From positions 1,152,001 through 1,216,000 of the forward strand of contig CBDCDA010000001.1 of assembly GCA_965215335.1 (NCBI GenBank): a stretch of 64,000 nt of DNA. The letters run 5' to 3'. Every line of letters starts with the position of its first letter. The stretch's first letter is position 1. Made by a program: the position numbers and the translations under genes. The stretch comes from an uncultured Candidatus Entotheonella sp. Lineage in GTDB: Bacteria > Tectomicrobia > Entotheonellia > Entotheonellales > Entotheonellaceae. Of this stretch, positions 20,585 through 31,455 are shown one piece after another. A model generated the notes under the pieces. That model did not search any database and was not told the DNA's origin. It was given only the letters and a program-made list of their open reading frames with translations.

Positions 20585-20935
20585 ATGAAAATCCACCGAC
20601 TGTACGAGGACGAGAAGGGTATCTCGCACTTTGAGGACGTCGATATCGACTACGTAGAGACGACCCGTGCGGGACGACTGTCGCAACGCCTGCCCGCCAC
20701 GGGTATCATCTTTCGGGAAGTTCCACCCGATTACGACCTCGACTGGCACCCGGCGCCGCGCCGCCAGTACATCATCAATCTCGATAACGGCGTGCAAATC
20801 ACCGCCAGCGACGGCGAGGCCCGCACGATCGCGGCAGGCGAGGTGGTTCTCGTCGAGGACACCACGGGCAAAGGGCATCTGAGCAAGGCGATCAATGATC
20901 GTATGCGCCATTGCATCTTTGTGACGCTGGATTGA
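20585..20935 (+). CDS. small cupin-like protein
   Basis: GISHFED, WHPAPRRQY, EDTTGKGH motifs. Confidence 0.8.
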   Translation: MKIHRLYEDEKGISHFEDVDIDYVETTRAGRLSQRLPATGIIFREVPPDYDLDWHPAPRRQYIINLDNGVQITASDGEARTIAAGEVVLVEDTTGKGHLSKAINDRMRHCIFVTLD

Positions 20936-21629
20936 AAGCGCCCTGCCGACTCGCTTGACGACGGTTCAACATGGCGTACCCGCCCAGGCCCAACAGCAGC
21001 GCCGCCAGCGCCATGAGGACGAGCATCCGCCAGTCACTCAAATAGGCGCCGAACGTCACCATCAAGACCGTCGCAGGGATGATGCCGACAGCCGTGGTCC
21101 AACTGAACCGCCACCAGCTGATCGTCGTCAGGCCGAGGGCGTAGTTGATCAGGTTGAAGGAGAGAACCGGCAGGAGACGTACGGCGATCAGGATGGGTAT
21201 GTCGATCTGTTGTAGCCACCGCTGCGCGCGCTCGAGTCTGGAGGGCTTGACCAGCAGGCGCAGCACGGGCTGCCCGAAGGCGCGAGCCAGCAGGAATCCC
21301 AGGTAGGCGCCCAGCATGCCGCCGGTCCAAATGGTGACGAATCCCCATAGCGGTCCGAGCGTCATGCCTGCCGCCAGGGCCAGGAACTCGGCCGGCACGG
21401 GCACCAGAGTGTGCAGGATCATCAGTCCGATGATGACAAGAGGCAGCCAGACGGGAGTGGCAGCGAGGAGACGTTGCACGCCCTCGGTGCTGGGATTGGT
21501 GACCAGCGCCCAGAGCATTTCCCTCAGCGGTGCCGATAACCCAACCAGCAAGAGCAGCCCCAGCAGTCCTGTCACCACGACCAGGCGTAGCGCCTGCCCA
21601 GGCAGGACCGGCAGCAGCCGTTTCTGCAT
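20892..21629 (-). CDS. TVP38/TMEM64 (VTT/DedA) family membrane protein
   Basis: PVPAEFLALAAGMTLG, GAYLGFLLAR.FG, RLLPVLSFNLINYALG. Confidence 0.9.
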   Translation of the reverse strand: MQKRLLPVLPGQALRLVVVTGLLGLLLLVGLSAPLREMLWALVTNPSTEGVQRLLAATPVWLPLVIIGLMILHTLVPVPAEFLALAAGMTLGPLWGFVTIWTGGMLGAYLGFLLARAFGQPVLRLLVKPSRLERAQRWLQQIDIPILIAVRLLPVLSFNLINYALGLTTISWWRFSWTTAVGIIPATVLMVTFGAYLSDWRMLVLMALAALLLGLGGYAMLNRRQASRQGAFNPASQRCNGAYDH

Positions 21630-21680
21630 TGCCCGCGGCTCCTTCTTGTTCCGGCGTCCGTGGACCGCATCGACGAAAGC

Positions 21681-22442
21681 TCACCAAACGTTTTGCGGTA
21701 GAGGCAAGCCGGCAAGATCTTCGGCTGCCAACGGCTCCTCGGGCGTCACGCTCATCTGGTCGAGGAGCGCGTATAACTGTCGCAGATGTTGTGCCGTGTG
21801 CCACACGGTACGCTGGAAGAATGCCGCCGCTTGCTGTGGGCCGTAATACGTTTCCACCATCCCATCGAACGCCTCGGGTCGGTCCCACCAGTCGTGCAGA
21901 CGGTTGCGCACCCTCTCCCCGTACCGCGCGATGGCTGCCATGTCGGGCATGTGCGGTGGCGGTTGTTCCTCAAACCAGGCTTCCGGGAGGTAACCCTGCT
22001 CCACGGCGTCCCGGTACGCCTGGCCAATCCGAAACAGGTGATAAGCGAGTTGATGCACCGAGCGGTCGCGTCCCGGCGTCTGCAGGTGCAGGTACCGGGC
22101 CGGAACCTGCAGGACGGCCCGTTGCGCGGCCCGCAGAATCGCGTCGAGGCGCGCCTTCAGTTCAGGTAATGGCAACGCCAAGGCATCGTCATGGGTTGCC
22201 CCGACCAGGCCCGCCACCGCTGCCGGATTCCAACCCTGCACCGCGTGGCCTCCAACGATTACCGCCGGCACCCGCGTGATCCCATGCCCGTGCAGCACCT
22301 CCATCGCCTCCGGCTGTACCTCGACATCGATCGCCTCGAAATCGACCTTCCACGACGCAAGCAGCTCTTCCAGAGCGCGGCAAGAACTTCAACCCATCCG
22401 CTTGTAGAGCCGCACGGTATCCACGTGTTTCTGCTCCAGCAT
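21681..22442 (-). CDS. glutaredoxin-like domain (UxxC, putative selenocysteine) fused to a DinB-family domain
   Basis: RBS GGAGGAG, ATG 22442, MLEQKHVDTVRLYKRMG-TGA-SSCRALEELL... continuing in frame into ORF 21681..22304. Cis-Pro motif RVPAV. DinB-like His residues (AYHL, WHTAQH). Confidence 0.8.
22361..22378 (-). promoter_or_regulatory. putative bacterial SECIS hairpin
   Basis: GC-GCUCU-GGA-AGAGC-U-GC begins 10 nt after the UGA at 22389-22391, with G in the apical loop. Confidence 0.6.
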
Positions 22443-22584
22443 GCGAAACGCTCCTCCACGTGTAGCCTGTCGAGGCTGTTGACCCGTGAGCAACCCCGGC
22501 AAAGGGCATGGACATTAAAGCTGATTCCATACGCAAATCAAAAGGGATGCGCCCTTGGGGTACCCCTTGGGTGCCACGCCATCG

Positions 22585-23157
22585 CTAGGCGTGTCGCCAA
22601 CTGCGCACGGGGCCCGTATCGATGTGGACGTATCTGGATCTCGGGTAGTAACCAACACCGCCCTGCTCGAGGTCCAGAGCCGCGCGGCGGATGGACTTGG
22701 CGCTGTGGCCGACAATGCGGATGTCCACCGCCTTGCCCTTGACGTGGAAACTGCCCTTGGCGGCGGCCGAATTACGGCGTCGCAACCGGTCGTTGGTGGC
22801 CGGGGAACGGTAGCCGGATATGATGTCGATCGTACGCTTGGCCTCGAGCTTCCTGGCGATGTCGTGGATGAAGTGAAACAGCTGGGGATCGATTTCGGTC
22901 ACTTTGCCGTTGTGCGGATCCCGTAGGAAATGATTGAGCGCTTTCAACGCATCGGGCACGTACTCGCCTTTCTCCCAATACTCTATGCTGATGTTCTCGC
23001 CAGTCAGGGCGTTGTGCAAATCCAGGGATCGCTTGATGTGATGCGACCACCCCAAGGATGGGGAAAGACCCGCCGCAATGAGCAGGGTACCCGTTCGGAG
23101 GACTTGTCGGCGACTCAGCCCGCGCGTCTGCGCGGCTCGGCTCCTGGGACGTGTCAC
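22585..23157 (-). CDS. YcbK/DUF882 family (peptidase M15A-like) protein with Tat signal
   Basis: SRRQVL twin-arginine, LNHFLRD, ISGYRSPATN, SFHVKGKAVD, VGYYP..VHIDTG. Alternative start 23223. Upstream TTGACA-N17-TAAGGT at 23248-23276. Confidence 0.9.
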   Translation of the reverse strand: MTRPRSRAAQTRGLSRRQVLRTGTLLIAAGLSPSLGWSHHIKRSLDLHNALTGENISIEYWEKGEYVPDALKALNHFLRDPHNGKVTEIDPQLFHFIHDIARKLEAKRTIDIISGYRSPATNDRLRRRNSAAAKGSFHVKGKAVDIRIVGHSAKSIRRAALDLEQGGVGYYPRSRYVHIDTGPVRSWRHA

Positions 23158-23412
23158 CAGACCCCCTTCGATTTTGCAGGGTGTTCGTGAAGGTTGTGGG
23201 AAAGGCCGAGGATCGAACAACACCTCCGATAGCCTGAAGGTGAGGCCACCTTATCCAGTCAAAATGAGATTGTCAAGCACGTTGTCCAGGCTTGAGCCGC
23301 ACCGCCGTATTCGCTATTGTTTGCGAATCGACACACGGGCCGGGCGGGTGGCAACGCCGGAGCGTCGTGCGCCCCAAGCCCGTCATGAGCTACCACGGCA
23401 AGAGGAGCCGAC

Positions 23413-24678
<1,266 letters not shown>

Positions 24679-24734
24679 CCTCGCCTGATGTCTCGCCGCC
24701 TCGCGGCGGCGGCCTTGCGCGGTGCCGCGTAGTA

Positions 24735-26285
24735 TCACAGTCCGTGCGGTTGCTCATGCCGCATATCCCGCAAAATGGCCCGGGCGCAGTTGTGCCCCGG
24801 AGCACCGGTGATTTCGCCGCCCGGATGGGTGCCGGCGCCGCACAGGTACAGCTGAGCTATCGGCGCGCGATAGGCCACCCGGCGCGAGAGCGCCTGGCTC
24901 GGCACCACGTCGATGTGGCGAATGTTGCCGTCGGTCATGCCGACGGCGGTTTCGATATCCGCCGGGGTGCGGAGCGTCCAGGCAATCAGGACATCCCGGA
25001 AGTTGGGCGCGTATTGGCAGAGCGCGGAGATAATTGACCCCGCAACGCGCTCCCGCGCCTCGTCCCACGACTCGCCCACCGGATGCCGCGGGTAGTACAG
25101 GGTCCAGCACGACACGACGTGCTGCCCCGGCGGCGCCAGGGTGGCGTCCCAGACAGAGGGAATCTGCATGCGGATGAGGGGGTGGGCGGCGGGCCGGCCC
25201 TGCTTGCAGGCGTCCCAGCTTGCCTGGAAGTAGGCGACCGACGGACAGATGCGCACGTAAGTCGCCAGCTTCGGGTCGTAACCGGCGCCCAAATGGCGGG
25301 AAAAGTCGGGCAGGTCGCTCAGCGCCGCCAGGAATTTGACGCAGTTGGCTCGCGTCCGCAGGTTGGCGATGCGCCGCCGGAAACCGGCGTCGAGTGTCTG
25401 CGCGTCCACCAGGCTCAGATAGGTGCGCTTGGGGTCGGCGTTCGACACCACCACCGCGCTGCGGATTTCCTCACCGCCGACCAGCCGGACGCCGCGCGCC
25501 GCGCCATTCTCGACCAAGACCCGTTCGACGCTCACCCCGGTGCGAATCTCGACGCCGCGCGCCTGCGCCGCACCCGCTAGCGCCGCGGCCACGGCGTTCA
25601 TGCCGCCCTTGGGGATGCCAAAATACTCGGGTTTGTTGAAGCGCCGCATCCACATGACGTACGCGACGCTGAACACGCTGCCCGGCGCGCTCGGATCGCC
25701 CATGTCTTGCGCCTCGACGAAGAACGCCTTCACCCGCTCGTCCTCGAAATACAGGTCGAGCAGGTCGCTGACACCGACCGTCAGCATGGTTTCCCACACG
25801 TCCTCGTCAGGGGTGCCGCGCACGTCCGCCGTCACCTGCGCAAAGGTGGGCGGCTCGGTGAAGAAATAGCGGTACAGAATGCCGGCGGCGCGTTCCCAGA
25901 AGGCGTTCCACGCCGGGAAGGCCCTGGCGTCGCGCTCGCAGAGGCGCCGGATGCCGTCGTGCGTCTGGTGGTCGTCGTGCCAGGACATCAGGTGCGAGCC
26001 GTCCGGGAAGGGCTGGAAGGCCATCGGGTCATAGCGATAGGTGGCGTAGCCGTGGCGCGGCAGGTCGAGTTCTTCGATCACCTTGCCCTGGAACATGTGG
26101 CAGACGTATGGGCAATACGGCACCGTGAAGCCGGGGTGAATCGCTTCGCCGAAGATGGCGCCGCCGGTGCGCTCGAGCCGCTCCAGCACCAGTACGGACA
26201 ACCCCGCCTGGGCCAGATAACTGCCGCATACCAGGCCGTTGTGCCCGGCGCCGATGACGATTGCGTCGTACTGGGTTTCCCCCAC
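24735..26285 (-). CDS. phytoene dehydrogenase-like FAD-dependent oxidoreductase
   Basis: IGAGHNGL, PKGGM, VSNADPKRT, LYLCGAGTHPGG..GAPGHN. Confidence 0.9.
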   Translation of the reverse strand: MGETQYDAIVIGAGHNGLVCGSYLAQAGLSVLVLERLERTGGAIFGEAIHPGFTVPYCPYVCHMFQGKVIEELDLPRHGYATYRYDPMAFQPFPDGSHLMSWHDDHQTHDGIRRLCERDARAFPAWNAFWERAAGILYRYFFTEPPTFAQVTADVRGTPDEDVWETMLTVGVSDLLDLYFEDERVKAFFVEAQDMGDPSAPGSVFSVAYVMWMRRFNKPEYFGIPKGGMNAVAAALAGAAQARGVEIRTGVSVERVLVENGAARGVRLVGGEEIRSAVVVSNADPKRTYLSLVDAQTLDAGFRRRIANLRTRANCVKFLAALSDLPDFSRHLGAGYDPKLATYVRICPSVAYFQASWDACKQGRPAAHPLIRMQIPSVWDATLAPPGQHVVSCWTLYYPRHPVGESWDEARERVAGSIISALCQYAPNFRDVLIAWTLRTPADIETAVGMTDGNIRHIDVVPSQALSRRVAYRAPIAQLYLCGAGTHPGGEITGAPGHNCARAILRDMRHEQPHGL

Positions 26286-26330
26286 GCCCTGTCCTCCCTG
26301 TCTACGTGCCGCTACCCTGCCGCGTCGGGG

Positions 26331-26359
26331 TTGACACCGTCGGACAATGTTTCTACGCT
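26331..26359 (+). promoter_or_regulatory. sigma-70 promoter upstream of globin-tenA
   Basis: TTGACA-N17-TACGCT. Confidence 0.55.
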
Positions 26360-26422
26360 CAACGCGTCGAACGACGACCGCTGGGATTCTCCCTCAGATT
26401 TCCTCAAGGCAGACGGCACCCG

Positions 26423-26839
26423 ATGAATCCATTCAACCTGCCGGTACGGGAAGCCTCCTCCCTGGATGCGATCTACGCCACCATTGGGGAGGAAGGCATC
26501 ACCCGCATCACCGAATCGTTCTATCAGCAAGTCGCCACCGACGACCTGCTCGCCCCGATGTATCCCAAGGACGACCTGCAAGGCTCGGAGCAGCGCCTGC
26601 GCGATTTCCTCGTTTATCGTTTCGGCGGTCCGCAGCGCTACATCGAGACGCGCGGGCATCCGCGCCTGCGCCTGCGGCACGCGCCCTTCCCGGTCGACCA
26701 GCGCGCCCGCGACCGCTGGATCTCGCTCATGGACAACGCCCTGCAAGCCGCAGCGCTGCCCGACGACATCACCGCCACGCTGCAGGACTTCTTCCGCCAC
26801 GTCGCCACGTTCCTGATCAACCGTGACACAGGCGCCTGA
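26423..26839 (+). CDS. group II truncated hemoglobin
   Basis: FYQQV..D..LAPMYP, FGGPQRY..RGHPRLRLRH.PF, RDRW. Confidence 0.92.
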   Translation: MNPFNLPVREASSLDAIYATIGEEGITRITESFYQQVATDDLLAPMYPKDDLQGSEQRLRDFLVYRFGGPQRYIETRGHPRLRLRHAPFPVDQRARDRWISLMDNALQAAALPDDITATLQDFFRHVATFLINRDTGA

Positions 26840-26875
26840 GCACCCTCACACGCACACCCGACAGAAGGAAGCACC

Positions 26876-27544
26876 ATGCGGTTTTCCAAATGCCTGCGCC
26901 AACAGGCAGACCCCATATTCGAGGCCATTTTCGCCCACCCCTTCGTTCGCGGCATCGCCAGCGGCGACCTCACCAGCGAGCAGCTTGCCCATTACGTGAA
27001 GCAGGATTTTCAATACCTCAACGTCTTCTGTCAAATCTACGGACTGGCCATCGCCAAGTCCCCGACGCGCGAGGACATGGCTTTTTTTCACCAGCGCCTG
27101 ACGTTCATCCTGCACAGCGAAACCCACCCACACCACAATTTCGCCGAGGTCGCCGGCTACAAGCTGGAGGACCTGGCCCACGCCGACCTGCTGCCCACGT
27201 CGCGCAACTACACGCGCCACATGCTGCACGTGGCCCACAGCGGTACGCTGGGAGAGATCCTCGCGGTCCTGCTGCCCTGCCCGCTCACCTATTGGGAGAT
27301 CGGCCTCAAGCTGCAGCAGGAGGTGAAGCCCGACGACAGCCACCCGTTCAAGCCGTGGATCGATTTCTACGCGGCGCACGCCAGCGAGGAAATCAGCGAG
27401 CTGTTCCTCGGCCGGCTCGACGCTTGCGCCGAGCAGGCCCACGCCGCGGAAAAGGCACGCATGGCGGATCACTTCCTCACCAGCTGCCGGATGGAATATA
27501 TGTTCTGGGACATGGCCTATCATCTCGAATCCTGGCCGGTGTGA
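26876..27544 (+). CDS. tenA: thiaminase II / aminopyrimidine aminohydrolase
   Basis: HPFVRGIASG, YVKQDFQYL, LLPC..YWEIG, WIDFY, EYMFWDMAY. Confidence 0.92.
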   Translation: MRFSKCLRQQADPIFEAIFAHPFVRGIASGDLTSEQLAHYVKQDFQYLNVFCQIYGLAIAKSPTREDMAFFHQRLTFILHSETHPHHNFAEVAGYKLEDLAHADLLPTSRNYTRHMLHVAHSGTLGEILAVLLPCPLTYWEIGLKLQQEVKPDDSHPFKPWIDFYAAHASEEISELFLGRLDACAEQAHAAEKARMADHFLTSCRMEYMFWDMAYHLESWPV

Positions 27545-27601
27545 CGGCCCGTCTCCTTCTTCCCCTGATCAGAACCGCTGACCTCCGCTTGGGACCTCGG
27601 C

Positions 27602-28273
27602 ATGCGGCTTCTCGTGATCGAAGACGAACAGAAGGTGGCCAACTTCATCAGGCGGGGTCTGGAAGAGGAAGGCTACGCGGTGGACCACGCCGCCGACGGG
27701 GCCAACGGCTTGCAGATGGCGCTGGAGAGGTTGCACGACGTCATCGTGCTGGACGTCATGCTGCCGAAGCTCGATGGCCTGAGCGTCCTGCAACAACTGC
27801 GGCAAGACAACGTCACCACGCCGGTGCTGCTGCTGACCGTGCGCGCTACCATCGAGGACAAGGTCCTGGGGCTCGACGCCGGCGCCGACGACTACCTGAC
27901 CAAGCCGTTCGCCTTCGAGGAGTTCGTCGCCCGCGTGCGGGCCTTGCTGCGGCGCCGGGCCGAAACCGCGCCGCCCGTCCTGCAGGTCGCCGACCTGGCG
28001 CTCGACCCGGCGCGCCGCGTGGTGTCACGCGGCGACAAGAAGATCGAGCTGACCCCCCGCGAATTCGCGCTGCTCGACTATTTCATGCGCAACCCCGGCC
28101 GGGTGCTCACCCGCACCATGATCGCCAACCGCGTGTGGGATTACACCTTCGACGCTACCACCAACGTCATCGACGTGTACGTCAATTACCTGCGCAAGAA
28201 GATCGACACCGGGCACGACACCAGGCTGCTCCACACCGTGCGGGGCGTCGGCTACGTCATGAAAGTGCCCTGA
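27602..28273 (+). CDS. OmpR/PhoB-family response regulator
   Basis: IEDE, LDVMLP, GADDYLTKPF, winged helix ending HTVRGVGY. Confidence 0.95.
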   Translation: MRLLVIEDEQKVANFIRRGLEEEGYAVDHAADGANGLQMALERLHDVIVLDVMLPKLDGLSVLQQLRQDNVTTPVLLLTVRATIEDKVLGLDAGADDYLTKPFAFEEFVARVRALLRRRAETAPPVLQVADLALDPARRVVSRGDKKIELTPREFALLDYFMRNPGRVLTRTMIANRVWDYTFDATTNVIDVYVNYLRKKIDTGHDTRLLHTVRGVGYVMKVP

Positions 28274-28276
28274 GCC

Positions 28277-29683
28277 ATGCCGGCCCTCTCCATTCGCGCC
28301 CGCCTCACCCTGTGGTATTCCGCCCTGCTGACCGTCACCGTGCTCATTCTGGCCGGCGCGGCATACGCCCTGCTGTGGTACGGCAGCATGCAGGACATGG
28401 ACGACGCCCTGCAAGGCGTGGCGCGGGCTCTGGAACGGCAGGCGCCGCGGCGCGGCAACCCGTGGGTGCCGGCGGACGTCGACGCGCTGTTCCGGCGTTT
28501 CTTCGGCTTTTCGCCCTGGGACCGCTACGCGCAGCGGCGCGATCTGGTGCCCCCCCGCGACTCGCGCCGCCGCCAGGCGGCGCGTCCGGGCTCGTTGCCG
28601 CTCAGCGCCGCGGCGCGGCGTAATGCCGCTGCCGGCCGCGAGACGTACGAGACGGTGGAAGGCTTGGCGAACTATCCGGTGCGGCTCCTCACCAAACCGG
28701 TGTTCACCGGGCGGGCGCGCAGCGTCATCCAGGTGGGCATGTCGCAAGAAAACCTGTACGCCACGCGGCGCCGTTTCCTGTGGGTGATGGCGGCGGTGCT
28801 GCCGCTCGGCCTGCTGCTGGCGACCGGGGGCGGCTGGGCGCTGGCGCGGCGGGCGCTCGCCCCGGTCGATCACATGGCGGCGGCGGCGCGGCGCATCAGC
28901 GCCGCGCATCTGGCCGAACGCCTCGAGGAAAGCGGCGCCGGCGATGAGATGGACCGGCTCTCCGGGGTGCTGAACGCCATGCTCGAACGCCTCGACCTGT
29001 CGTTTCGCCAGATGCGCCAGTTCAGCGCCGATGCTTCGCACGAGCTGCAGACGCCCCTGACCATTCTGCAGGGTGAATTGGAGGTGGCCCTGCGCAGCCC
29101 GCGCACCCCGGAGGCGTACCGGGAGGTTATCCAGAGCGCCCTGCAAGAGATCGAGCGCATGGCCGTGCTGGTGGAGGGATTGTTGCTGCTGGCGCGCGCC
29201 GATGCCGGCATGCTGCGGCTGGACCTGAAGCCGATGGACGTGGCACAGTTGCTCGCCGAGGTGTACGAGCGCACGCAGATTCTGGCGCAGTCGCGTGCGC
29301 TCACCCTCGACCTCGAAACCCTTGAACCGCACACCGTCTCTGGTGACCGCGAGCGGCTGCGGCGCGTGCTGTTCAACCTCGTGGACAACGCCGTCAAATA
29401 CACCCCCGCCGGGGGCCGTGTCACCCTGTCGCTGCAGCGGCGTGACGGGCATGTCTGCCTGTCGGTGCAGGACACCGGCATCGGCCTGTCGGACGCCGAA
29501 CGGGAACACATCTTCCAGCGCTTCCACCGCGCCGGTTCGGCCCGCGACCACGGCACCCAGGGCTCCGGGCTGGGCCTGTGCATCGCCCGCTCCATCGTCG
29601 AGGCGCACGGCGGCGTGCTGCAGGTCGCCAGCCGCCCCGGCGCGGGCAGCACCTTCACGGTATGCCTGCCGCAGGCGGCTTGA
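28277..29683 (+). CDS. sensor histidine kinase (HAMP, HisKA, HATPase)
   Basis: Two TM segments, DASHELQTPL, NLVDNAVKY, DTGIG, GSGLGL. Confidence 0.95.
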   Translation: MPALSIRARLTLWYSALLTVTVLILAGAAYALLWYGSMQDMDDALQGVARALERQAPRRGNPWVPADVDALFRRFFGFSPWDRYAQRRDLVPPRDSRRRQAARPGSLPLSAAARRNAAAGRETYETVEGLANYPVRLLTKPVFTGRARSVIQVGMSQENLYATRRRFLWVMAAVLPLGLLLATGGGWALARRALAPVDHMAAAARRISAAHLAERLEESGAGDEMDRLSGVLNAMLERLDLSFRQMRQFSADASHELQTPLTILQGELEVALRSPRTPEAYREVIQSALQEIERMAVLVEGLLLLARADAGMLRLDLKPMDVAQLLAEVYERTQILAQSRALTLDLETLEPHTVSGDRERLRRVLFNLVDNAVKYTPAGGRVTLSLQRRDGHVCLSVQDTGIGLSDAEREHIFQRFHRAGSARDHGTQGSGLGLCIARSIVEAHGGVLQVASRPGAGSTFTVCLPQAA

Positions 29684-29714
29684 TGGCCGCCTGATGAGAA
29701 ATTTCCAAGCGTTC

Positions 29715-29753
29715 TCTCATTCACTTCTTATTGCCCTCTCATCTGGTTTTCAC
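29715..29753 (+). promoter_or_regulatory. four hexamer direct repeats at 11-bp period (OmpR-family binding array)
   Basis: TCTCAT 29715, TCTTAT 29726, TCTCAT 29737, TTTCAC 29748. Confidence 0.65.
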
Positions 29754-29851
29754 CCCGCCGTGTCATATTCCCCTCCGTAGCAGCAGAACCGGCACGCCGC
29801 GCCAGGCAGGGCCGGCTGGCCACATCCAGTGCTTCATCAACGGAGGTTGAC

Positions 29852-31324
29852 ATGTCATACCGAGCTTTTCTGAACAAACGACTGGGAATCGGCGTCCTGG
29901 CCACGGCGCTGGCGGTCTGTTTCCTGGGCGGCCTCGTGGTTGCCAAGGAAATGCGCGATACGCCCGCCCCTGGCGAAGCCGCCGCGCCGGCCATGCCGGC
30001 CGTCCGGATGATTCCCGATTCCTTTGCCGAACTGGCGAGCAAACTGGGGCCGAGCGTGGTCAACGTCAAGGTCGCCAAATCGGTGGCCGGGGCTTCCTGG
30101 CACCTGCCCGAGGGATTCGAGGACGGCCCGTTCGAGGGCTTCTACCGGCGCTTCTTCCGGGATATGCCGCACCGGCGGCCCGGCCATTTCCGGCAGCACG
30201 GCAACGGCTCCGGCGTCATCATTGACGCCGAGGGACACATCCTCACCAATCACCACGTGGTCGAGCACGCCGAGGAAGTCAAGGTGACACTGACCGACGG
30301 GCGCGAGTACGAAGCGCGCGTCGTCGGGCGCGATCCCAAGACCGACCTGGCGGTGCTGCAGGTGGACGTCACCGATCCGCTGCCCGTGGCGACGCTGGGC
30401 CGTTCCGACATCCTGCGGGTGGGCGATCGGGTCCTGGCCATCGGCAATCCGTTCGGCCTGAGCCACACGGTGACGACGGGCATCGTGAGCGGCAAGGGAC
30501 GCATCATCGGCGCTGGCCCGTATGACGACTTCATCCAGACCGACGCCTCGATCAACCCCGGCAACTCCGGTGGGCCGCTGTTCAACATGCGCGGCGAAGT
30601 GATCGGCATCAACACGGCCATGGTGCCGCACGGACGCGGCATCGGCTTTGCCATCCCCATCGACACCGCCAAGCCGTTGATTCCGCAGATGGTGGCGACC
30701 GGTGGCGTGACGCGCGGCTATCTCGGCGTTTCCATCCAGGCCATCACGCCGGCTCTGGCGGCGGCCCTGAAACTCGACGGCACTCAGGGCGCCCTGGTCG
30801 GCGAGGTGATGCCCGACAGCCCGGCGGCGTGGGCGGGCTTGCAGACTGGCGACGTGATCACGGCGTTCGATGGCAAGCCGGTCGCCACCGCGCAGGACCT
30901 GCCGGGCCGGGTCGCCGCAACCCCGGTCGGCCAGGACGTGACCGTCACCGTGCGGCGCCAGGGCGCGCCGCTCGATCTCACGGTGACCATTGGCAAGATG
31001 TACGCCGAAACGGCGCAGGTCACCGGCGGTCAGGAATCCGGCAGCGGCAATCTCGGCCTCTACTTGCGCGACCGGCAAGCCGACTCCCGCGCCGACGATG
31101 ACCCGGCGGCGCCCAACGGCGTGCTGGTGACCCGCGTGCAGCCCGGCAGCCCCGCGGCCGCCTCCGGCATTCGCGGCGGCGACGTCATCTTGCAAGTGGA
31201 CCAGCAGCCCGTCGCCTCCGTCGCCGACGTGCAGCAGGTGCTGGCCGAGACGGATGAAGAATCCCCTCTCGTTCTGCTTGTCAAGCGCGGCGAGGGCAGC
31301 TTCTACGTCGTGCTCAAAGCGTAG
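29852..31324 (+). CDS. HtrA/DegP/DegQ serine endoprotease with two PDZ domains
   Basis: Signal peptide, GSGVII, TNHHVV, DLAVL, INPGNSGG, two PDZ domains. Confidence 0.95.
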   Translation: MSYRAFLNKRLGIGVLATALAVCFLGGLVVAKEMRDTPAPGEAAAPAMPAVRMIPDSFAELASKLGPSVVNVKVAKSVAGASWHLPEGFEDGPFEGFYRRFFRDMPHRRPGHFRQHGNGSGVIIDAEGHILTNHHVVEHAEEVKVTLTDGREYEARVVGRDPKTDLAVLQVDVTDPLPVATLGRSDILRVGDRVLAIGNPFGLSHTVTTGIVSGKGRIIGAGPYDDFIQTDASINPGNSGGPLFNMRGEVIGINTAMVPHGRGIGFAIPIDTAKPLIPQMVATGGVTRGYLGVSIQAITPALAAALKLDGTQGALVGEVMPDSPAAWAGLQTGDVITAFDGKPVATAQDLPGRVAATPVGQDVTVTVRRQGAPLDLTVTIGKMYAETAQVTGGQESGSGNLGLYLRDRQADSRADDDPAAPNGVLVTRVQPGSPAAASGIRGGDVILQVDQQPVASVADVQQVLAETDEESPLVLLVKRGEGSFYVVLKA

Positions 31325-31350
31325 CGGTCTTCGCCGGCAACAGGCGCAGC

Positions 31351-31410
31351 ACCCCCTCCCTGCCCTTCTCGGCACCTCCCTCTTCCGCGGGGAGGGTCAG
31401 GGAGCGGGGG
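31351..31410. terminator. imperfect GC-rich palindrome between convergent genes
   Basis: CCCCCTCCCTGCCCTT...GGAGGGTCAGGGAGCGGGGG. Possible terminator or REP-like element. Confidence 0.35.
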
Positions 31411-31455
31411 AAATCCGACGCGCCAGCCCCGGCTGGGCCTACCGCAAAGGTCGTC

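Noticed and set aside
22389..22391. TGA as a simple nonsense mutation or genome-wide recoding
   Set aside because: Many genes here end in TGA, so there is no global recoding. The position in a CxxC-equivalent motif plus the adjacent hairpin favours selenocysteine, though a nonsense change is not formally excluded.
23280..23412. SAH riboswitch upstream of ahcY
   Set aside because: Consensus elements not recognisable in the correct order.
26286..26875. TPP riboswitch for tenA
   Set aside because: No CTGAGA...ACCTGA core seen; tenA follows the globin gene after only 36 bp.
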